DNA from: Nitrospinales bacterium
GTDB taxonomy: Bacteria; Nitrospinota; Nitrospinia; Nitrospinales; VA-1
Direction of reading: 5' to 3'
DNA length: 64,000 bases
NCBI GenBank assembly: GCA_965223795.1
Contig: CBDCXL010000002.1
Span: 2,436,030-2,500,029, forward strand
The position numbers and the translations under genes are program-made. The notes under the pieces are model-generated. The model had not been told where the DNA came from, ran no database searches, and was given only the letters and a program-made list of their open reading frames with translations. Positions 46,920 through 53,964 of the stretch are shown here, in pieces. Numbering within the stretch: position 1 is the first letter of the stretch; each line of letters opens with the position of its first letter.

Positions 46920-46934
46920 GCAGAAAAAGTGCCA
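46920..46934 (-). promoter_or_regulatory. sigma-54-type -24/-12 promoter candidate for the minus-strand cytochrome operon
   Basis: The minus strand reads TGGCAC-TTTTT-CTGCT, with GG and GC separated by 10 nt. It lies about 220 nt upstream of the ATG at 46701. Confidence 0.35.
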
Positions 46935-47923
46935 AAAAGTGGGATACCGGCGAAAAAATTTTATTCGTGGTAAATCAATCGTTTTTAAAAGCGAGTTAAA
47001 ATAATTATAGAAAATTTGTTTAAAATCGAATAAATAAGTATCAAACGTTGTCAATGAATACAATGGATAAATGCTCCCATCACAAAGGCGTAAAGCGATT
47101 CCAGCCGAGCCTTTGACCTTTTTAAAACCCGGAAAGTGAAACAAAACCGATGCCAGCATTCTGAGATCCGTCCTGTGTGTGGACGAGCATACGACGGTGT
47201 TGGCTGGGTCGACAGTCACTGTATGAAATTAAAGACAATCCGGAAATGAATTGCTGAATTTGTGCCACGAAGGATGAAGTCCGCTTCGATTCCCTCGGTT
47301 TTCTTGCCGGCAGCAAAGAAAACACAGTTTGTTCTTTAAATTTCAATGGGTGACCCTATTCTAGCATCCTTTTTCCGTGAAACCTATCCCGCTGGTTGTG
47401 TTTTAGGTCACAGTCCGTTATTGCATTGATTCATTTCGATGCCAGCCGGGCTGCGTTCATAAATTTACATCTATGGTTAATTTATATGGGGGTTTGCAAT
47501 ATTGTGCGTTGATTCGGGGATGAAACTCTATATAAACCAATTATTTGATTTGTAGTTATCGAAAATTTGGGTAAATGAGTATAAATTCGTTATCATCGTT
47601 AAAAATGGGATAATTATCACAAAATTAACGGTGGGAATGGTTCCTGGATTGAGCTAGAATCAGAAAAGTTGATAAATAAAAATAAATTGCTACCTTCAGT
47701 GTAATTTTTCATGGCCTTCAAGTTGATGAATTCTAACTTCAACCTGATGGCTGTGGGGGAAATCTATGTTTTTCGTTCGTGAAGTGTGCGGCTATCCGGA
47801 CAGAAAAAATATTGCTAAGATTTTTAGATTTCTGGTTAAAAAAATATAAATATATTGAAGGTTTGGTTGCCAAGAATTGATGGAAAGGTTTGATAAGCCA
47901 CGACTTTAAATTTCAATTGATTC

Positions 47924-47938
47924 TGGCCTGTGTTTTGC
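47924..47938 (+). promoter_or_regulatory. sigma-54-type -24/-12 promoter candidate for the plus-strand cytochrome/porin pair
   Basis: TGGCCT-GTGTT-TTGCT, with GG (47925-47926) and GC (47937-47938) separated by 10 nt. It lies about 115 nt upstream of the ATG at 48055. Confidence 0.3.
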
Positions 47939-48054
47939 TTTGTTTTCATTATGGATACCGGAAACAAGGTAACGGCGGGGACGGGCGTTTCGCCGGTTTT
48001 GCCTTAAGGTCATAAAACAGAATCAAAGGGATGTTTTTTTGGGGAGAAAGAAAC

Positions 48055-50070
48055 ATGACCGGACAGAACAATACGATGCATTGCAGGTCTTTCATTTTTC
48101 GTGTGGCCAGCGCCGTGTGCCTGGCAGCGTTCGCCAGTGTCGCGCTGATTTCCTGTCAGACTCCGCTGATGGAAGCGGATAAGGACAAAATGGCGAACGC
48201 CGCGCTTGCCGATGGCGAAAAGAAGATGGATGGCGGGAAAATGATGGCGGACAAGATGTCCGACGGTGAAAAAATGGCCGAAGGGTCCGCAGACTCCGGA
48301 AAAATGATGGCGAAAAAGGTGATGGCGGACAAGAAAATGATGAAAGGCGAGGGCGATGCCTGGGAGGACAAGAAGGACGGCGGGAAAAAAGCCGAAACGC
48401 TTGAGGATGCGTTCGCGCAGCATGAAGCGCTGTTCGCGGAAAACCGCTATCCTTCCGCGGCCACCTGCCGGACCTGTCACCCGAAACACTATAAGGAATG
48501 GTCGGTGTCTCAGCATTCCTATGCTCAGATCAGTCCGGTCTACCTGTCTCTCAACAACAAGATCAATCAGTTGACCCAGGGCACCATGGGTGATTTCTGT
48601 CTGCGCTGTCACAGCCCGGTGGGCGCCAACCTGGGAGAATCTCCGTATCAGTCGAACCTCACCCGGCACCCGACCTCGCGCGAGGGCATCACCTGCGTGG
48701 TGTGTCACCGGCTGAACTTGGCCTACAACAAGGTCAGCGGCCGGCTGGCGCTGGAAGAGGGCGACCTGCTCACTCCGGTGTTCGGACCGACGGGCAATAA
48801 AGAGCTTTCCCGCGTTCTCGACAACAAGGACAAATACCGGGTGGTCACCAAGAAGGAAGGCAAGGGCCGCAAGATCCACACCCAGGCCAAGCAGTTCGCC
48901 GGCATCACCACGCCGACGTTCTGCGGTTCCTGTCACGACGTGACGCTGTTCAACGGTTTCCGGCTGGAGGAGGCGTTCAGTGAATACCGGCTGTCTCCCG
49001 CGGCCAAGAAGGGCGTGACCTGTCAGGACTGCCACATGGGCAAGATCCAGGGCATCCCCTCCGGTTACGAGCACGGGCCCGCGGCGGTCGTGGGCGGCAA
49101 GAAAACCAAGCCGCGCAAGATCACCAGCCACTTTTTCGCCGGTCCCGACTACTCCGTCGTGCATCCGGGCATTTTCCCGCACAATTCCGACGCCCAGGAA
49201 ATGGCGACGCTGGAAGAGTGGATCCAGTTCGACTGGAAGGCGGGCTGGGGCACCGATGATTTCGAGGACAACGTTTCCGAGGATCACAAATTCCCCGATC
49301 GCTGGCGTTCGGCGACGGACCGTTACGACGCCAGGGAGATCATCGAGTATCAGCTCAAGCGGCTGGAGCTCATCAAGGAAAAACGGATGGAAGTCCTGCG
49401 CAACGGGTTTCATCTCGGCAGCATCATGACCGAGAAAGCCGATAAGGACGGCATCCGCTTCAAAGTTCAGGTGAAAAACGCCACCGACGGCCACAACGTT
49501 CCCACCGGGTTCACCGGCGAACGGCTTGTGTGGCTGCACGTGATGGTGAAAGACAGCGACGGCACCGTGATCTTCCAGTCCGGCGACCTCGATCCCAACG
49601 GCGATCTGCGGGACCAGGAATCCTCCTACGTGCACAACGGCGAGGCCCCGCTGGATCACCAGCTGTTCAATCTGCAATCGCGATTTGTCGTCGATAACCT
49701 CAGGGGCGGCGAGCGCGAGCGCGTCATTCCCATTCCTTACCCCCAGACCGCGATCCCGTTTGTGCGGCCTTCCATTCAGTCTCTCATCCTGAGTGGCGAG
49801 CCGACTACGGAGCGCAACCACCGGAAAGGCATCGAGCCTTTGGGGCATCGCTGGGCCGAGTACAAGATCGACAAGGAAGCTCTCACCGGCAAGGGCCCCT
49901 ACATGGCTCACATCGAGCTCAAAATGGCTATGGTTCCCGCCAACCTGGTGGAAGCGATCCAGGATGTGGGATTTGATTTTCACATGACCCCCAGAGAAGT
50001 GGGCGACGCGGTGGCCGCAGGTCATGCGGTGCTCTGGGAAAGAGAAGTCGAGATCAGCGTGATCGAATAG
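48055..50070 (+). CDS. lipoprotein pentahaem cytochrome c with Met/Lys-rich linker
   Basis: The ATG at 48055 follows GGGGAGAAAG. The signal ends in the lipobox VALISC. It contains CRTCH, CLRCH, CVVCH, CGSCH and CQDCH. The C-terminal roughly 250 aa carry no haem motif (ATDGHNVPTGFTGERLVWLHV...). Confidence 0.9.
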   Translation: MTGQNNTMHCRSFIFRVASAVCLAAFASVALISCQTPLMEADKDKMANAALADGEKKMDGGKMMADKMSDGEKMAEGSADSGKMMAKKVMADKKMMKGEGDAWEDKKDGGKKAETLEDAFAQHEALFAENRYPSAATCRTCHPKHYKEWSVSQHSYAQISPVYLSLNNKINQLTQGTMGDFCLRCHSPVGANLGESPYQSNLTRHPTSREGITCVVCHRLNLAYNKVSGRLALEEGDLLTPVFGPTGNKELSRVLDNKDKYRVVTKKEGKGRKIHTQAKQFAGITTPTFCGSCHDVTLFNGFRLEEAFSEYRLSPAAKKGVTCQDCHMGKIQGIPSGYEHGPAAVVGGKKTKPRKITSHFFAGPDYSVVHPGIFPHNSDAQEMATLEEWIQFDWKAGWGTDDFEDNVSEDHKFPDRWRSATDRYDAREIIEYQLKRLELIKEKRMEVLRNGFHLGSIMTEKADKDGIRFKVQVKNATDGHNVPTGFTGERLVWLHVMVKDSDGTVIFQSGDLDPNGDLRDQESSYVHNGEAPLDHQLFNLQSRFVVDNLRGGERERVIPIPYPQTAIPFVRPSIQSLILSGEPTTERNHRKGIEPLGHRWAEYKIDKEALTGKGPYMAHIELKMAMVPANLVEAIQDVGFDFHMTPREVGDAVAAGHAVLWEREVEISVIE

Positions 50071-50133
50071 ATTCCTTTAAGCAAATCAAGGGTCTATCAC
50101 TCACAAACGTCAACGTACTGGGGGACGCAACGC

Positions 50134-51567
50134 ATGAGGTACGCCAAGCTGGAACGGGAATTTCTCTCAAAAACGGTTGCGGCGGCGATCCTGTGGCTCA
50201 TGATCGCCGCTCCGCAGGCGGCCCAGGCGGATAGCTGGTTCTCCGCGATCGGTGAAAAATCCGAGGTCAGCCGGCTTTCGGACGAGCAGATTCCGTTCGC
50301 CGGCGTGGAAGGCCTGCCGCCGCGGCCGGGACTGATCTGGGAGTTCGGCGACAATTTCCTCGACTCGGGGAACCTGTACTCCGGCTTCGAGCTGCCCACC
50401 GGAGCGGTGTGGCAGCCGCGCCTCTGGCTGTTCGCCACGCTGCGCAGCGCGGTGCAGACCTTTGACGACGGCGTCAACGACCGCAGCTCGGAATGGGTCA
50501 ACCGGCTGGATCTGTTCGCCAATCTGCAGCTCACCGGCACGGAAAAGCTGGTGTTCGGCATCCGTCCGTTCGACCGCAACCGTCCCGACCGGTTCTCCGG
50601 CTACCAGTTCGAACCCGACAACGACGACGGTTTTCAGGAAGATCTCAACGCGGACATCCGCACCTTCTTTTTCGAGGGCGATCTGGGAAGCCTGTTTCCC
50701 AATCTGGACCGGCACGGGTTCACGGCGCTCGACTACGGCTTTTCGGTGGGGCGCCAGCCGCTGCTGTTTCAGGAAGGCATCCTGATCAACGACACGGTGG
50801 ACGCGCTCGGGCTGGTGCGCAACAACATCCGCCTGCCGGGGGTGTCCAACCTCCGGGTGTCGTTCGTCTGGGGCTGGAACGAGTTGGGGCGCAGCGACGC
50901 GGTTCTGAGGGACACCACGCAGATGTTCGGGCTGTTCAACTCGGCGGACCTGAACGTCAGCACCGTCAACCTCGACATGGCCTATGTGCGCGACACCAAC
51001 CCCAACGGGCAGGACAGCTTCAACATCGGCCTCTCCTCGACCCAGCGCATCGGCCATTTGAACACCACATTCCGCGTCAACAGCTCGATCGCCGAGGACG
51101 GCGACACGCTGGCCGCTGCGGACGGGACGCTTATATCCGCGGAACTCTCCTGGACTCCCGAATCGTCCGACGACATCGTGTACCTGAACACATTTTATAC
51201 CATTGAGAACTACACCCAGGTGGGAAGGGAACCGGTCGTCGGTGGACCGCTGGGAACGCTGGGCATTCTGTTCGCCTCGCCCAGCATCGGCAACTTCCTC
51301 GCCGAACTCAATCCCTTTGCCAATGAAGTTGCCGGCGGCGCGCTCGGCTACCAGGCTTTCTGGGACAACCACAAGCGCAACCTGATTCTGGAAATCGCCG
51401 GACGCCAGGACACGAGCGGTGACAACAACTCTGATTTCGCTGTCGGTTTTCAGGTGCAGCAGCAGATCCATCAGCGCATTCAGCTGCAGCTCGACGGCCA
51501 CTACGCCATTCAGGAAGGCCGCGACAACGGCTACGGCGGACGCACGGAAATCCTGATCCAGTTCTGA
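50134..51567 (+). CDS. outer-membrane beta-barrel protein (porin-like)
   Basis: 477 aa with signal peptide ...LWLMIAAPQAAQA. It has many short amphipathic strands rich in G, Y, F, N and D, and the C-terminal signature GGRTEILIQF ends in Phe. Confidence 0.8.
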   Translation: MRYAKLEREFLSKTVAAAILWLMIAAPQAAQADSWFSAIGEKSEVSRLSDEQIPFAGVEGLPPRPGLIWEFGDNFLDSGNLYSGFELPTGAVWQPRLWLFATLRSAVQTFDDGVNDRSSEWVNRLDLFANLQLTGTEKLVFGIRPFDRNRPDRFSGYQFEPDNDDGFQEDLNADIRTFFFEGDLGSLFPNLDRHGFTALDYGFSVGRQPLLFQEGILINDTVDALGLVRNNIRLPGVSNLRVSFVWGWNELGRSDAVLRDTTQMFGLFNSADLNVSTVNLDMAYVRDTNPNGQDSFNIGLSSTQRIGHLNTTFRVNSSIAEDGDTLAAADGTLISAELSWTPESSDDIVYLNTFYTIENYTQVGREPVVGGPLGTLGILFASPSIGNFLAELNPFANEVAGGALGYQAFWDNHKRNLILEIAGRQDTSGDNNSDFAVGFQVQQQIHQRIQLQLDGHYAIQEGRDNGYGGRTEILIQF

Positions 51568-51876
51568 TCAACCCGCCCAGGGACGGGCGCGGCGCAGGAA
51601 CCCTTTCCTCGAAATCCAATCCAAAAAAATTTAGCGGCGAACCGAAGTGGGCAGGACGCTGCCATCCTGCGGTTCGGCTTTCACCGCATGCGTGTTGAAC
51701 GCTTATCTGTCGGCCTGTGCTGGCGGTTGCGAGGTTGTGGGATTTTCTGGCCCCCCGGAAAACCGGGGGCCAAAAAATAGATCCCATTCTGATGCGATGC
51801 GTTGATGCTTGCTGAATGTGAGGCAATGCCGCGAGGGTTTGTGGGCTCGCACTGCATGTTGAGTGTCGACGTTACA

Positions 51877-52122
51877 TCAACCCTCAACAAAAATCCGGGA
51901 ACGGTCCGACAACTTGAAACCCAACGCCAAAAGAATTTTTCGTTTGGTGTCCAAGCGGCAGTCGTATCCCTTTTCAATCCGATCGATCGTCTGAACGGTG
52001 ACTCCGGCTTTGCGCGCAAGCTCAGCTTTGCTCATCATCCTTGCTTCGCGTGTCTGCCGGACCTTGTTTTCCTTCTTGTCGTCCGAATCGACCCCTACTG
52101 CATTTTTAGAAAGCGTAGCCAT
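51877..52122 (-). CDS. XRE-family (Cro/C1-type HTH) transcriptional regulator
   Basis: 81 aa. MSKAELARKAGVTVQTIDRIEKG is the canonical HTH_3 motif. GGAG lies upstream of the ATG. Confidence 0.8.
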   Translation of the reverse strand: MATLSKNAVGVDSDDKKENKVRQTREARMMSKAELARKAGVTVQTIDRIEKGYDCRLDTKRKILLALGFKLSDRSRIFVEG

Positions 52123-52518
52123 AGTTTAAAACTCCAGTATCAATCCCTCCGGAATCCCCTGAGTTTTGATGGTTTTTGTTAATATTATTGAAAAAATTAC
52201 TATTAAATATCAACACCCTTTTTGGGGTAATTTTGACATCGGAAACGCGATTTATTTTTCGATTCCGAGGTGCGAAACCCGCGGTTATTCAACCTGAAAC
52301 GCAGGGGAATGACAGGTTCGCGCCGCCGGTGCGGGCAAAGTCCGCGAGCGCTGCGGAGCCCGCTGTCCGGGCGGGCTTGAGGAATGACCTTAAAAGTACC
52401 ACCTGTTATAAATTTGGATACATCCTGGCTGGAAGGGGGCGGGGCGGCCGCCGCGCGGGCTGTTTGAAAGGTGTTGAATATTTACCCTTTATTGAAAATC
52501 CCCGGCGGGGCTCCGGTT

Positions 52519-52533
52519 TGGCACTCATTCTGC
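52519..52533 (+). promoter_or_regulatory. sigma-54-type -24/-12 promoter candidate upstream of the LuxR-type regulator
   Basis: TGGCAC-TCATT-CTGCT has the same architecture as the site at 46920-46934. It lies about 255 nt upstream of the ATG at 52787. Confidence 0.3.
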
Positions 52534-52786
52534 TTATAACAGAGGGTATTCCAGCAGTTTTTTCTAAGGACATTTCATCGTGTGCGCATTGCAAGCGGCG
52601 TGGGTGGTCCACGGCAGAAAAAAAGCCTGAAAAACCGGCTTTTTTGGCTTCGGACCGGATCGGGAAAGTTCTATTTTGCCGCATCTACCCCATTCCGGCG
52701 AGTTCGGAAATCCGGTTTCGCAAAAGCGGCTGCTTTGAAAAACTGCTTTTTATCGCTGATTCGATAGGGGAAAGAAGGCCAACATC

Positions 52787-53902
52787 ATGGGAAAAATTCA
52801 ACTGCGTCCATCTCTTTCCGAGAAAGACACCGAGATTCTTGAGTCCATCGTCTCTCGACTGCAAGTCGCAGAGACGCGCGTTGCGCTCAAGGAAGTGGTG
52901 GCTTCACACATTCTGCCGCTCTTGAAAGCCGACTCGGCGCTGTACGCGTGGACCGATTCGAACCTCCTGCAACCGCAACTCATCGACTGCATTCACATTC
53001 CGGAAAAAGAGATTCCGGCGATCAAAAAATTCGTCTGCCAGGACCCGATGGCGGGTTACCTGTTGACGCACGAGTCGCCGGTGGTGGCGCGGGATGTCGG
53101 GTTGAACAACGGCAGCAAGCCCGCGACGGATCTGTTTTCGAAAGGAAAGTCCCGCATCAAAAAGGGATACAGTTATTTCAGCCTGAGCCGCTCCGAAGTC
53201 ATCACGCTGGCGCTGCGCGATCTCAACCTGGGCGCGGGTTTCCACCGCAAGCTGTCGGCGGGAAAACCCTGGACGGTGCGCGATGTGCGTCTGATGGAGC
53301 TGATCCGCCCGCACCTTTTGATGTGCATCAAGTCGATCGTGCTGAAGGAAGAGCTGGCCAAGCACCAGTCCATCGTCGAGATCCTGGCGGATTCGCCGAC
53401 AGCGATCGCGCTTGTGGATGAGGACATGCAGATCACTTACAGCAACCGCACCTGGAACGAATCGCTGGTCTACGAATCCGGGCAGAAACTGCCACAGGAT
53501 CTGACGGTGCTGCTGTTGAAAGAAAGGTACAAAACCGATTCCATGCTGGACCTCGAACCGGCGGGCGAGGAGGCGGCGAATTTCCGTTTCGGGGACCAGG
53601 ATTATCAATTGAGTTTCACGCCGGTCCGGCATCACGCCACCGGCGTCAACGGGACCTGGCTTTTGCAGCTCAAACCGGCGATCGAGCCCGATTCCAAGCT
53701 CGACGACCTGATGCGCAAGGCGGGTCTGACGCGCCGGGAGCGGGAAGCCTGCGGCCTGATCCGTCAGGGAATCGAGCTGGACGAAATCGCGAAACAGCTT
53801 TTTATCAGCCCGCACACGGTGCGGACGCATCTGAAGCGGATCCATCAGAAACTGGGTGTCCACACGCGGGCCCAGCTCATGGCCGCACTGAACCCGCGCT
53901 GA
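52787..53902 (+). CDS. LuxR/FixJ-type HTH transcriptional regulator with an uncharacterised N-terminal sensory region
   Basis: 371 aa. The C-terminus LTRREREACGLIRQGIELDEIAKQLFISPHTVRTHLKRIHQKLGVHTRAQL is a GerE/LuxR HTH. Confidence 0.88.
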   Translation: MGKIQLRPSLSEKDTEILESIVSRLQVAETRVALKEVVASHILPLLKADSALYAWTDSNLLQPQLIDCIHIPEKEIPAIKKFVCQDPMAGYLLTHESPVVARDVGLNNGSKPATDLFSKGKSRIKKGYSYFSLSRSEVITLALRDLNLGAGFHRKLSAGKPWTVRDVRLMELIRPHLLMCIKSIVLKEELAKHQSIVEILADSPTAIALVDEDMQITYSNRTWNESLVYESGQKLPQDLTVLLLKERYKTDSMLDLEPAGEEAANFRFGDQDYQLSFTPVRHHATGVNGTWLLQLKPAIEPDSKLDDLMRKAGLTRREREACGLIRQGIELDEIAKQLFISPHTVRTHLKRIHQKLGVHTRAQLMAALNPR

Positions 53903-53964
53903 GCGGAACCCGTTAAGGTAGAGCCTTAAAGAACCTCTGTTTGTCAGAAAGTGAGTGAATCAAG

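Noticed and set aside
46896-47346. ORFs of 107 aa and 74 aa inside the AT-rich island
   Set aside because: They have no RBS and odd composition. They are probably fortuitous, although stop codons should be frequent in AT-rich DNA, so I did note them before rejecting them.
47609-47618. Perfect 10-bp palindrome GATAATTATC (Fur-box-like half sites)
   Set aside because: It is shorter than a 7-1-7 or 19-bp Fur box. One or more perfect 10-bp palindromes are expected by chance in 1.3 kb of AT-rich DNA.
48010-50025. 671-aa minus-strand ORF
   Set aside because: It is antisense to the pentahaem cytochrome gene. It has no signal, no motifs, and is rich in R, G, H and L.
51749-51771. GC hairpin GGCCCCCCGG-AAAA-CCGGGGGCC
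   Set aside because: It is not a terminator in either orientation. The T-rich tract precedes the stem and the A-run follows it, on both strands. I left it unassigned.
52176-52925. 249-aa plus-strand ORF spanning the XRE/LuxR intergenic region
   Set aside because: It runs through AT-rich promoter-like sequence and into the LuxR gene in a different frame, and its composition is not protein-like.
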